Shown in pieces: positions 28,297-39,000 of a stretch of DNA of 64,000 nt. The stretch is from Cenarchaeum sp. (GTDB lineage Archaea > Thermoproteota > Nitrososphaeria > Nitrososphaerales > Nitrosopumilaceae). Both the position numbers and the translations under genes were made by a program. The notes beneath the pieces are model-generated. The model was not told the DNA's origin. It did no database searches and was given only the letters and a program-made list of their open reading frames with translations. Within the stretch, counting starts at the first letter, position 1; each line of letters opens with the position of its first letter. The DNA is taken from positions 800,001 through 864,000 of the forward strand of contig CBDESU010000002.1 in NCBI GenBank assembly GCA_965242695.1, read 5' to 3'.

Positions 28297-28929
28297 CTAC
28301 CCCGGCATGTCCCTCTCCTGCTGGAGCTGCTCGCGCTTGCTGATCGCATCCGCATCCAGCGGCACCCAGCGCACGACGGGGCTTTGGGGAGCTGGCTGCG
28401 TGTACCCGCAGTACGTCGTGTTTCCGTCCCGCACCTGCGTGCACGATGCCCAGGCGCACTGCTCGCGATCCTCCAGGCTGCACGGAAGCGCAATCGGCGC
28501 GTGGACGGGGTCGCACGATGTCCGGTTCCACCCCTGCAGTATGCACTGCCAGTAGCAGTCGCTGTCGGTGCGACTGAAGGGAGGCGACGCAAACCATGCG
28601 TTGGCCAGCTCTATGGCCCTGTCCACGTCGCCGCCGCCCTCATGCAGAGCGTTCTTTGCCTCGCCGACGTAGACGGCATGGGAGCGACATGCCACGTATA
28701 TCTCGTCCAAGGAGTGGTCCGGCAGCAGGCCGGGATACTCCACGTAGTCGGGCAGGACTTCCCTGACATCGTCCGGCAGGTAGGGCTGGCGCATGTCCTG
28801 GCTGGGCGGCACCGCGCTCAGAGGCTTAGGCGTAGGGGGCACTTCGGGCTCCAGCCAGGCCAGGGCGGCAAGCGCAACAGCGGACAGGCAGGCGGCCGCT
28901 ACGATTGCCGGCACAATTGCTCTTTTCAC
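28297..28929 (-). CDS. Secreted Cys-rich protein (paralog of 29214-29780)
   Basis: Signal peptide MKRAIVPAIVAAACL; DSDC.W.CI..G.NRTSCDPV.API.LPC. Confidence 0.75.
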   Translation of the reverse strand: MKRAIVPAIVAAACLSAVALAALAWLEPEVPPTPKPLSAVPPSQDMRQPYLPDDVREVLPDYVEYPGLLPDHSLDEIYVACRSHAVYVGEAKNALHEGGGDVDRAIELANAWFASPPFSRTDSDCYWQCILQGWNRTSCDPVHAPIALPCSLEDREQCAWASCTQVRDGNTTYCGYTQPAPQSPVVRWVPLDADAISKREQLQQERDMPG

Positions 28930-29213
28930 GCTGGCTGTGATGGATCGGCATATTAGTACCTACCTGCACTGATCTGCGCACATATGGGTTGGCATGGGCG
29001 TCGCTCGATAACTTGCATCTCTGAAGAATCCTGTCCGGCGCATCCGGCGGCGGACGGAACACACAATCACTTGCAAAAGAGGCTAGGCCGATTGCATGTC
29101 ATACCCGGTGCTCCGCGGAACCGGAGCCGGGAGTGCAACAGTGCGGCGCGCAGCGCCCCTTGCCGCAGCGTTGGCGCCACTCGACATCCGGCGGCGGGCG
29201 CGTTGGCGCAATG

Positions 29214-29780
29214 TCACTGATCGTAGCGTGTCCACGATCCGTCCGTAATCACGTGGGTGTGCCCCGTGACGTTGCCGCGGTAGCCGCAGTGCATCCTTTC
29301 CCCGTCCCACACTGGCCTGCACTTGAACGACTGGCAGGTGTACTCGGACTCTGGGTCGCAGGGCAAGACAATCGGCGCATAGACGGGATCGCACGACGTC
29401 CGGTTCAGACCGTGCACTATGCACTCCCAGTGGCAGTCGCTGTCGGGGGCAAAGTCGGGCACCATCGAGATCCACAGGTCTGCCAGCTCTGCGGCCTTGT
29501 CCAGATCGCCGTCGGCGTGGCTTATTACATCTCTCGCAAGGCGCTCTCCGTCCGACGCCGACCTGCACTTTAGGTACGTGTACGGAGAGGTATCCGGCCC
29601 GGTGACAGCGGACTGCTGGCGCGCTGTACTGGGTACGGGCGCGTCCCGCCCGCCGTCCGGCTGCCCCGCGAGGATATCTGCAAGGGCCACCGGGGCGACC
29701 ACCGCCGCAACCACGGCCGCCGCTGTCAGCGGGACGCATCTGTTCACGCAACCAGTGCGATCGCCTTGCATAAAAGCCAT
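29214..29780 (-). CDS. Secreted Cys-rich protein (paralog of 28297-28929)
   Basis: Hydrophobic N-terminus; same Cys spacing as the neighbour. Confidence 0.7.
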   Translation of the reverse strand: MAFMQGDRTGCVNRCVPLTAAAVVAAVVAPVALADILAGQPDGGRDAPVPSTARQQSAVTGPDTSPYTYLKCRSASDGERLARDVISHADGDLDKAAELADLWISMVPDFAPDSDCHWECIVHGLNRTSCDPVYAPIVLPCDPESEYTCQSFKCRPVWDGERMHCGYRGNVTGHTHVITDGSWTRYDQ

Positions 29781-30091
29781 GCCGGCGGCAACGACGCCTA
29801 CGATATTCTCGTCCTAGACCAGGCGATCCAGCCCGCACGGTCGCGACCGGCAGATGGCAGAGACGAGACAGACAATGCTTTCCAGTTTAGATGCGGACAG
29901 GATGCCCGCCCACACGTATCGGACTAGGGGACGGAGTAGGGGCAGGAACCATTTTGACTCAAAACTTGTCTTGAACTGCCTAAAACACACCAACGCTTGC
30001 CCGTGCTTGCCCGTGTCCTGTGTGTCTTGTTGCTTATTGGTCGGCAACCAACACGATGCGACGTGACAAAAAATAAAAAAGATGGGATTGT

Positions 30092-31108
30092 CTAATTCCA
30101 GAGCGAAGATTCAACTCGGCTCCACGGGCTAAACACTCTCATTTCCCACTCTTCTTCTATGTTGTATAGAGGGGTTCGATCGCCATCGAAATTCACGCGA
30201 TCTGCCCTCCCTACGTGTTGTCCAAGCAGAATCGCAGAGGATGCTCCTGTGATCTTGAAGACGGGCGCCCCACTGTCGCCATTATCGCTACGGTAGTTTG
30301 CCAGCACTTGGTCGAACAACATTCCGCCGCCATCGCGCGTTGTCACACCGATGTGGAGAATTTTCCCTGAACTCTGTGTGGTGATCCCGGACATGTACAC
30401 TCTGTCAAGTCTAGACAAGTCGCGATCCGTTCCGTATGATACCCCATAGTTCCTGGATAAATAGCGGATGGAGTCTTCGACAAAGTTGTTGCACTGGCTA
30501 TTGGGATTTCTGTCTTCGCCGTACGCTGAGTCGGATCGAAGTGGTTCTATATGTGGGCGTTTTAAGATGTACACTTCTGCGCATTGGTTGTCAGGGTACC
30601 CCACTGTCAGGGTATTTCCTACACGCATGCCATGGCCAGTTGTGACGATCTTCCCGTTTTTAATGACTGTAATGGTTGACACTGCTTCCGACGAATCAGT
30701 CCCGATGCCCTCCCCGCCCCTGACGGCGGCTTCGCGCTCCAGCCTGTAGTACACCACGTCGATGTCTTTGTCGGTGTCAAGATCCTTCTTGATGTCCTCT
30801 TCCGTGTACGCCTTCCTGAACTCGAGGGCCTTGTCGGGGTCTATCCCGACCACCAGCTTGCCGTCCTTCTCAAAGACCATGTTGTATGGGATGCCGTACT
30901 CTTTGGCCCCGTATGTTGCATGTCCGCTTTTTTCGTCCAGATCCTTGTCGTACAGGTCCCCCATCTTGTCTTCAATGAGGGCCTTGAGCTCTGCCTTTTC
31001 CTGCTCTTCTTGCATGGCCGCCTCTGAAAACCCCACGGTCGCGGTCGATGCGATCGACACGCAGACCAGTGACACGATCAGTGCGGCGCTGCTTTTGCTC
31101 ATATGCAT
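30092..31108 (-). CDS. Secreted trypsin-like (S1) serine protease with pro-region
   Basis: Signal peptide; TTGH (His), DSA (Asp), GDSGAP (Ser); lower GC than the flanks. Confidence 0.82.
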   Translation of the reverse strand: MHMSKSSAALIVSLVCVSIASTATVGFSEAAMQEEQEKAELKALIEDKMGDLYDKDLDEKSGHATYGAKEYGIPYNMVFEKDGKLVVGIDPDKALEFRKAYTEEDIKKDLDTDKDIDVVYYRLEREAAVRGGEGIGTDSSEAVSTITVIKNGKIVTTGHGMRVGNTLTVGYPDNQCAEVYILKRPHIEPLRSDSAYGEDRNPNSQCNNFVEDSIRYLSRNYGVSYGTDRDLSRLDRVYMSGITTQSSGKILHIGVTTRDGGGMLFDQVLANYRSDNGDSGAPVFKITGASSAILLGQHVGRADRVNFDGDRTPLYNIEEEWEMRVFSPWSRVESSLWN

Positions 31109-31424
31109 TGAATCCAGCGGCCTTTTTCTGGTATTAAAGAAATCCTATACAATGTTCAGTATGGGCCTAAAGTGGAAATCTAGGTCGCTGCCCGCGCACC
31201 ACGCCTGCGGCTCGGACTGGCGCAGGCCTCTTCCAGAGCAACCGTCTCGGAGCTGCCGGCATCCTTGGGGGCCTAGGCAGCAGCGGGATGCGATCGCAGC
31301 CGTAGCGCCTGCCGGCGGGCCGGGGGCAGCGCGGCCGCCGCCAGCCGGCACGCCGCTCGGCGCCCGGGCGCGCGCAGGGCGCCCCCGGTTGGTTTATAGA
31401 GTCGCAATGCGGCGGCCGCGCGCA

Positions 31425-31817
31425 GTGGCCAACTTCAAGCTGAACGTCTCGGACACGGCCGGCAGGTCCGTCTCGAAGGAGCTAAAGGACGCCGAGGCCG
31501 TCCCGCTGCTCGGCCTAGAGATCGGCTCGGGCGCCGATGCGGCCATGCTCGGCCTGCCAGGCACCATCACGATAACGGGCGGCAGCGACAAGTCGGGCGT
31601 CCCGATGCGCTCGGACGTGCACGGCGCGGCCCGCAAGCACGTCCTCATGTCGAGGGGCGTCGGGCTGCGCGACGCCGAGCGCGGCGGGCGCGTGCGCAAG
31701 CTCGTCCGCGGCAACCAGATATCCGAGGAGATCTACCAGGTCAACTGCCTGCTAGACGGCAGCCTGCCCGAGCCTGACAAGCCCGAGGACGCGGCGGCAG
31801 GCGACAAGAAGGCCTAG
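31425..31817 (+). CDS. rps6e: 30S ribosomal protein S6e
   Basis: ITGGSDKSGVPMR..V.G, RKLVRGN; GTG start after TTTATA. Confidence 0.93.
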   Translation: MANFKLNVSDTAGRSVSKELKDAEAVPLLGLEIGSGADAAMLGLPGTITITGGSDKSGVPMRSDVHGAARKHVLMSRGVGLRDAERGGRVRKLVRGNQISEEIYQVNCLLDGSLPEPDKPEDAAAGDKKA

Positions 31818-31894
31818 CGCCCCGAGCCCGCGCCGGATCCGGCTAGGCGGCAAAGCTAGACATATACCCGCCCCCCGCCCGGCGCCGCCCATCG

Positions 31895-33178
31895 ATGCAC
31901 TGGAAGGAGACCCTCCCCGAGTGGTACGTCTCAAAGTACGGGTACCAGCCGTGCGTCAACGTCGGCACGGCAGGCCACGTCGACCACGGCAAGACGACCC
32001 TCATACAGTCGCTCACGGGCGAGTGGACGAGCGTGCACAGCCAGGAGCTAAAGCGGGGCATTACCATCCGCGTCGGGTACTCGGATGCGGCCTTCTACAA
32101 GTGCCCGTCGTGCGAGCCGCCCGGCGGCTACTCTGCCGACCCAAAGTGCCCCGGCTGCGGCGGCGAGTCCGAGCTGTCCCGCGTCGTGAGCTTTGTCGAC
32201 AGCCCCGGCCACGAGAGCCTCATGGCCAACATGCTCTCCGGCGCGGCCCTCATGGACGGGGCCCTGCTCGTCGTCGGGGCAAACCACAAGGTGCCGCAGA
32301 TGCAGACCGAGGAGCACCTGCTTGCGCTGCAGATACTCGGCATAAGGCAGATCGTCGTCGTCCAGAACAAGGTCGACCTGCTCTCGTACGAGCGCGCCCT
32401 GGAGAGCTACGACCAGATCGCAAAGTTCCTAGAGGGCGCCGGCGACGGCATGGCAAAGTCCCCCGTGGTGCCGGTCTCGGCGCAGGCGGGCCTGAACACG
32501 GACGCGCTCGTGAGGGCAATAGAGGAGTCGATCCCGACGCCCGAGCGGGACAACGCGTCCGACCCCGTAATGCACGTCCTCCGCTCGTTCGACGTAAACC
32601 GGCCGAGCACCCCCATACAGGACATCAGGGGCGGCGTCGTCGGCGGATCGCTAGTGCAGGGCTCGTTCAAGGCCGGCGACGAGGTCGAGATACGCCCGGG
32701 CATACTCAACGAGCGCCGCAAGGAGTACGAGCCGGTCTCGACCGAGATCGTCTCGCTCGGGACGGGCGCCGGGATAGTCGACGAGGTGCATCCCGGCGGG
32801 CTCGTCGCGATAGGGACAAAGCTGGACCCGGCAATGTCCGGCGGCGATGCGTTCATCGGGTCGGTCGTCGGCCGCCCCGGGACGCTGCCCGAGAACTCGG
32901 ACCGCGCAAGGCTGCAGGTAAGCCTGTTCGACTCTGCCGTCGGCGCGTCCGGCGCCGAGGCGGCAAGGGTGACGCCGCTCGCCGAGGGCGAGGCGCTGCG
33001 CCTCAGCGTCGGGACGTCGCCGGCGCTCTGCTCGGTCGCGTCCGTAAAGGAGGGCGGCTCGCTGGCCGACGTCAGGTTCCGCCGGCCCATGTGCCTGTTC
33101 GAGGGCGGCAGCGTGGCCATCAGCCGCAGGATATCCGACAGGTGGCGGCTCATCGGGGCTGGCACGGTCCTTGGCTGA
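31895..33178 (+). CDS. eif2g: Translation initiation factor aIF2 gamma subunit
   Basis: GHVDHGKT, RGITI, DSPGH, NKVD, WRLIG. Confidence 0.96.
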   Translation: MHWKETLPEWYVSKYGYQPCVNVGTAGHVDHGKTTLIQSLTGEWTSVHSQELKRGITIRVGYSDAAFYKCPSCEPPGGYSADPKCPGCGGESELSRVVSFVDSPGHESLMANMLSGAALMDGALLVVGANHKVPQMQTEEHLLALQILGIRQIVVVQNKVDLLSYERALESYDQIAKFLEGAGDGMAKSPVVPVSAQAGLNTDALVRAIEESIPTPERDNASDPVMHVLRSFDVNRPSTPIQDIRGGVVGGSLVQGSFKAGDEVEIRPGILNERRKEYEPVSTEIVSLGTGAGIVDEVHPGGLVAIGTKLDPAMSGGDAFIGSVVGRPGTLPENSDRARLQVSLFDSAVGASGAEAARVTPLAEGEALRLSVGTSPALCSVASVKEGGSLADVRFRRPMCLFEGGSVAISRRISDRWRLIGAGTVLG

Positions 33179-33587
33179 CGTCCTCTGCGACACGAGCTTT
33201 GTAATGCACGTGGCCACGGCGCGCATCCGCAACGAGGGCTCGCTCGACACCGAGATCGGCGAGCTGCGGTACGTGGTTCCGCCCGCCGTAATGGCCGAGC
33301 TAGGCCGCCTGCGCAGGGAGGGCGAGCCGGCAAGGGCGGCCGCGGCGGCCGCGGCGCTCGGCTTTGTAGAGAGGAGGGCCGTCGTGGCCGATCCCGCGTC
33401 GGGCGATGCGGCCGCGGCTACCTCCGCGGCATCGGCAGAGACGGCCGACGAGGCGATAGTCGGGTACGTGCGGGACGGGGCCGCATCCATCGTGGCGACG
33501 ATGGACGCGGGGCTCAAGCGGGCCGTCAAGGGCGCCGGCGGGTCCGTCCTGTCCGTGGCGGCGGACCGTATCGTGCTGGAGCCGTAG
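33171..33587 (+). CDS. PIN-domain protein (Fcf1/Utp24-like)
   Basis: VLCDTS, V.AEL, AD..I, VATMD; usual position after aIF2-gamma. Confidence 0.85.
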   Translation: MADVLCDTSFVMHVATARIRNEGSLDTEIGELRYVVPPAVMAELGRLRREGEPARAAAAAAALGFVERRAVVADPASGDAAAATSAASAETADEAIVGYVRDGAASIVATMDAGLKRAVKGAGGSVLSVAADRIVLEP

Positions 33588-33605
33588 CCCGCGGCCGCCG
33601 CTGCC

Positions 33606-34049
33606 CTAGTACCCCTTTTCCTGCCGCTCTATGTTGATGCGGTTCTTGCGCTTGTACTCGTCGAGGACGTCGGCCGGCGACAGCCCGAGCTCGATCGAGG
33701 CCTGGACGACAAAGTGCCATATGTCGATGAGCTCCTCCCTTGCGCTCGCCTCGTCGAACTCTGTCCGCCGCTTCCACCACTTCCAGTTCGTCGTAGCCTG
33801 CAGCTCGGCCGCCTCTTGTATTATCGCGGTGCACAGAGCCGACACCCGCTCCTGCCTCTCGCGGGGGTACCTCGTGTCGTCGACGTACGCCGAAAAGCCC
33901 CTCTGCAGGCCGAATATGGTCTCTAGCGTGTCTGCGCCGGCTGCGGCCGCGCGCTGCCCGGCGTCCCGCTGCGCCGCTGGAGCCTGAGCCGGCGCCTGGT
34001 CCTGCCGCGCGGCGGCCTTTTCCATCTGGGCCTCGGCTACGGCAGACAC
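33606..34049 (-). CDS. Dimeric all-alpha dUTPase (dUTPase_2/MazG-like)
   Basis: EAAEL, WKWWK, EELIDIWHF, Y.RKN.IN..RQ..GY. Confidence 0.85.
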   Translation of the reverse strand: MSAVAEAQMEKAAARQDQAPAQAPAAQRDAGQRAAAAGADTLETIFGLQRGFSAYVDDTRYPRERQERVSALCTAIIQEAAELQATTNWKWWKRRTEFDEASAREELIDIWHFVVQASIELGLSPADVLDEYKRKNRINIERQEKGY

Positions 34050-34288
34050 GGGCGCGCCGCGCGCCGGCCCGGAAATAAGAGTTTGGCAGGCGTGCAAGGC
34101 GGGCGGGGGCAGGGACGGGCCGCGAGCCGTCATGCCGGACGTGATCCGCCGGGCCCGGCTGGGGTGGCCGCGACCGCAAGCGCCACGGCGACGGGGGCCG
34201 CGGCAAGCGCCGCCGCCATGCGCCGCCCTCCTGGCCGCCCCGCCTTTCGCATGCTGCCTGCCATCAATCCACCGCGGAACAGCGGCGA

Positions 34289-35206
34289 CTAAAGCCTTGT
34301 CATCTCGCGGTATTTCTTGACCCGCTCGCGTATGGCCGCATCCGTGAGCCGCTCGAGCCCGCGCGTGCTTCGCCCCTCGACCGCGAACGACCCCATTGCG
34401 TTGCCGTACGCTGCCGCCCGCCTGACGGCCGCCGGCGATACCCGCCCGCCCCCGCTGGCGAGCCGCCCGATCAGCCCGCCGGCGAACGAGTCGCCTGCGC
34501 CGGTCGGGTCGACGGGCCTCTCGAGCGGGTACCCCGCTGCCGGAAACACCTCGTCGCCGTGGAACAAAAGCGAGCCGTGCTCGCCCTTTTTGATTACAAC
34601 GTACGAGACGCCCCACTGCCGCATCATCTTGCGCGCGCACCTGACCAGGCCGTCCTCCCGGGCGAGCAGCCTGGCCTCCTCGTCGTTGAGGACCATCGCG
34701 TCGACCGACCTTGCGAGCCTTGCCAAGTCGTCCCGCCGGTTCTCTATCCAGTATCGTATCGTATCGCACATCGAAAATCTGACCCTGCCAAACTCGGAGA
34801 GGGCCTCGCGGGCGTGCGCCGGATCGCCGGTCGCCAGGTACACGCACCCCGCATCCCTGAATGCATCGGGGACGGGGGGGCGCGGGCCGGCTGCCACGTT
34901 GAGCTCGACCCTCAGGTCCTCCCTCGAGCCGAGGGCGCGGCCGTACCTGCACTCGTACCGGAACGTCGGCCCCTCCCTCACGTCGAGGCCGCGCAGGTCC
35001 ATGCGCGAGGCGAGCATGCGGCGGTGCCTCCGCGCAAGGTCGCTGCCGGCGACGGCGACGAGCCCCGTCCTGGCAAAAAAAGACGCCGAGATTCCGGCGT
35101 ACGTGGCGGCGCCGCCGAGCACGCCGGCGGCCGACCACGACGGCGTCCGTATGGTGTCGAGCACCACGGTGCCGGAGACCGCAAGCTGCACGCCCACGGC
35201 CCTCAC
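34289..35206 (-). CDS. PfkB-family carbohydrate/nucleoside kinase
   Basis: GGAATY, NDEEA, KKGEHG, DPTGAGDSFAGG. Confidence 0.92.
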   Translation of the reverse strand: MRAVGVQLAVSGTVVLDTIRTPSWSAAGVLGGAATYAGISASFFARTGLVAVAGSDLARRHRRMLASRMDLRGLDVREGPTFRYECRYGRALGSREDLRVELNVAAGPRPPVPDAFRDAGCVYLATGDPAHAREALSEFGRVRFSMCDTIRYWIENRRDDLARLARSVDAMVLNDEEARLLAREDGLVRCARKMMRQWGVSYVVIKKGEHGSLLFHGDEVFPAAGYPLERPVDPTGAGDSFAGGLIGRLASGGGRVSPAAVRRAAAYGNAMGSFAVEGRSTRGLERLTDAAIRERVKKYREMTRL

Positions 35207-35673
35207 GTCCTGTCGATGAACGCCCTTGCCTGGTCCTCGGTCGGGTGGTACACGAACGGCACGTCGATCGTAGTGAACAGCGCCTCGTACGTCGTGACCC
35301 CGACGATCCTCACCTCGGGCACGCTCCCGGCCTCGGCGTACTCTTCGCTGCCCGGCTCGGCCGTGAACGTGCCGTGCACGACGGCGCTGTCCATGGCCGG
35401 CAGGACGAACGCCTCTATCCGGCCGTCCCCGATCATGTCCTCGCCTGCCCTGACGGTAAACTCGGTCTCGCCGGCCGACAGGTACAGCAGGGACGGGTTC
35501 TCGAACTCTAGCTCTAGGCCGTACGACGAGCCGCGCGCCGTCTCTTCGAGCAGCTCGCTGCCGGTGACGGCCACGCCTATCTGCGAGGCCGACGCGTACT
35601 GCGAGTACCCAAAGATGCCCGCGGCCGCAACGACGCCGACTACGATGGCAATGTTCCTTCTGGTCGCTTCCAT
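35203..35673 (-). CDS. Membrane-anchored LEA_2-like beta-sandwich protein
   Basis: N-terminal TM; LEFENPS motif; beta-rich. Confidence 0.65.
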   Translation of the reverse strand: MEATRRNIAIVVGVVAAAGIFGYSQYASASQIGVAVTGSELLEETARGSSYGLELEFENPSLLYLSAGETEFTVRAGEDMIGDGRIEAFVLPAMDSAVVHGTFTAEPGSEEYAEAGSVPEVRIVGVTTYEALFTTIDVPFVYHPTEDQARAFIDRT

Positions 35674-36029
35674 GCCCCCTGTGGGCGGGCGGGGTATTGC
35701 CGGCGGGGGTCTAAAGGATCCGACACGGGGTCTACTTTTCTTGAGCTGGGGCCGCCGGCGCGCCCGTGCGAGACCGGGAGGCGGCGCCCGAAGGCGCCTC
35801 CGGCTGTCCCCGTGTGGAGGGATGCGGGCGCATGGGGGGGGGGCTGTGGGCCGTGTACTGCGCACCCTTCCCCGTCGGGGCCGTGCCTGCGCCTGCCGTA
35901 GCCCGCGCGCCGCCCCTGCCGGGGGGGGGGGGGGGGGCGGCGGCGGAGGTGTGCGGCGAGTCGCACTTCAGATGTAGCGGGCTGTGTCATGCCAAGGAAC
36001 TTTTTATGCGCGGGCCGGGCAACCGAGCT

Positions 36030-39000
36030 ATGGGCGGAACGGCGGCTACCGCTGCATGCTTGGCGGCAGTAGCGGCCGCCATTGCGGTGATCGCTCCCGC
36101 TGCGGCGGCCGATTCCGGCGCGCCGACCCCCCTCAAGCAGGCGGAGGCTGGGGTCGAGCCGGGCGACATACTGTGCAATGCGGGCAGGATCCTCGTGGTC
36201 TCACCCGGAGGAGCGCCGGCATGCGTGTTTGCCGGGTCGCTCGGCGCGCTAGCGGACCGCGGCTGGCTGGAGGCTCCCGTGGAGAGTGGCGGCCAGGGCT
36301 CGGGGGCGCGCCCGGATGCGCCTAGCGTGGCCTCTGCTATTCCGAGCGCCCAGGAGCCTCGCGAGGCCGGGCAGGGCCGCATTGCCGACTCGGTAGCTCG
36401 CCCTGTCACTCACCACAACACCCTGACAGTCTCAAAGTACCCCGTGGTCGGCGAGGTCGCCGAGATGACGTTCACCGTGACTGCGATCCATGACCCGATT
36501 GAGTTTGTCACACATCCTACCTACGCAAAGCTTGTGGTGGGAACCATCCCGTCCCAATCGCACCGCGTCTTTGACGTGATTTCGAACATTGGCACCGGCG
36601 ACCCCAGCGTTTTCAGGCCCTACGACTACAACAACGTGACGACGATGGCGCAACCAGGCGAGACCTATACTGTAAAAGCAAAGTTTGAGATATTGGAGGA
36701 AGGCGTTATAGGTGTTGGTGCCCGCGGACTTCATGGCGATGTTGTAGCAATATACATAGCGGCATCGAAAAACAAGTCCATGCCCCTGGTCGAGTACGAT
36801 GCGACGGGACAGACATACATAGACCATACACGGGTTACGGGACAGGAGGATGCCCTGCATGTTGAACACGACATGGGACTATCGGTTCCAGATTACACGC
36901 TTAGCAGAGCCACGCTGCTGGGAGAGCGCCATTCAATGTACTTGTCGTTTGCCGAGGGGTACATCGAGCTCAACTACACAGAAGACCAGATAGTAGACGA
37001 GCTGTTCTACTGGGGCTACCTTCGCAGCGACATACGCGAGTTCTTTGTGCACATCATGAACTACACCGAGGAGCAGGCAGACAAGGTTCGCATGGGCGAC
37101 GACCTGCTTGCCGCGGCGTACAGGTGGGGCAACGGCGACACAGACGAGATCGTCGACGACATGCTCACGCGTAGGAACTATACCGCAGCCGAGGTGCGCG
37201 ACTTTTTCAGGGAACACATGTACTACACGGACGACGAGGTCGTCGCGGCGATCCTCAACGCGACGACGACGGCGCGCACGCAGGCAGGGACAGCCGGCCA
37301 ACAGCAGCAACCGCGGACGGGCCTGTTCAGCGTGTCTGGAAAAGTGTACGCGCAGGGGTACTTTTCCACGCCAACCATGCCCATACACGGGATCAGGGTG
37401 TGCGCATACGATCATGACGCGTCCACAATGCAGGCAAGCGTATAGTCCCGAGCATAAGTTTCTGACACTTTTACGTGCATCGATTAGGCGTCGATGCGGC
37501 AAAAAAAGCGTCGAGAACACGTGCTCGTGACTATACTGCGCACGTCTGGGTCGGGAGAGGCCTGCACGTTCACTGCCCAATCAGGCGCATACGTCATCCG
37601 CGGGATCCGAAACGACGATCCCAACGATGCGACAAGCGTCGATCTCTTGATACGTGTTTTGTCAGAGGGAAACAGGCTGACCATAGCGGGGACATCTGCC
37701 ATGCCGTACAGCCACGACGAACCCGTGATCAACAATTTCGCCGGACTTAGCCTTGACAGGGATATTACACTGTCGTGGCCCACCGAGGGGGCGGGGAGGA
37801 TCATAGACGCGATAAGCGATGGCCGACAGTTTTTTGACGGCTACGGGATAGACGCGGCACCCCTGACTGTAAAGTGGCAACACGATGACGGCACCAGCGC
37901 CTTTGTCGGCAGGGAGCATGATTCGGCGTCGTACGTAATATCCGGAAACATCATCTGGCTCAACGGCAATGGAATAATGGCAGAAGACCACTCACACGAA
38001 AGATTGACGATACTACACGAGTTCGGGCACCATGTGATGGATATTGCGGGAGTGTTTCCGACCAGCTGGATCTGTCCCTCCCCGCACTACCTTCACAACC
38101 AGAGCAGTGCAAGCTGTGCGTGGACGGAGGGGTGGGCCGGTTTCGTCCCCCATATGGTGGACAACAGCGCCAGGCTGAGATGGACAAATGTAGCGTACGT
38201 AGATCTGGAGCAAGACAGGACCGAAAACAGCGGGGGCGGGGTGCGGACGAGCTTTGCCAGGACGGGGCCGTCTGGCGACGAGGGGCACCTTGTAGAGGGG
38301 CAGGTCGCCGCCGCCCTGTGGGACATAAAGGACTCTCTCGTTGATACAGAGTTCGACCGGGCCGGCCCCCACCCGCGGAGCAGGACGCTCGACGACCTGG
38401 CCATGGGCGACGACGAGATCATCGGCACGGTCAAGGCGGCGACATACGCCAGCTTTGAGGATGTTTACACGGCCTGGGAGTTGGGCAGGGCGCCGGCTCA
38501 CTCGGCGCGCAACATAATGGAGTTGCACGCGATGGGGTTCGTCGACGACGCGCGGCCGCTGGCCGACGGGTTCAGCGGGCTTGACAGGTGGGCCGGATCG
38601 GGAAACCAGAACTGGCGATCTGGGGCTCCCCTCGAGGGCGGGCAGCCGCCAGACCACCCGGCCGGCAACACCGTCGCATTGGCACGTCACTGCGCTTCCG
38701 AGTGCGTCCTGACGCTCAGGGACGGCATCGACCTGTCGGGGTACGATGCGGCAGGGCTGTCGTTCTGGCGGTTCCTTGACAACTACGTCCGCAGCGGCGA
38801 CTACCTGAGGGTCGACGTCTCGCCCGACGGCGGCTCAAGCTGGAGCACCGTGTACACGTGGGGGCGTGGATCGGGGAACGACGACAGGTGGCACCGCGAG
38901 ACGCTCTCGCTTGCACCCTACCTGAACAGCACCGACTTCAAGGTAAGGCTGGCGGCAAGGCTCTCCTATGCCACCTCGGATGCGGCCGTCGACGACGTCG

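Noticed and set aside
26549-31108. tRNA-Gly as the integration site for the adjacent accessory genes
   Set aside because: No integrase and no duplicated tRNA 3' end; the accessory genes lie on the tRNA 5' side
37430-37545. Insertion as an archaeal bulge-helix-bulge mRNA intron
   Set aside because: The only 3-nt bulge I can draw is on the wrong side and there is no second bulge; TIRs plus the TA duplication fit a MITE better
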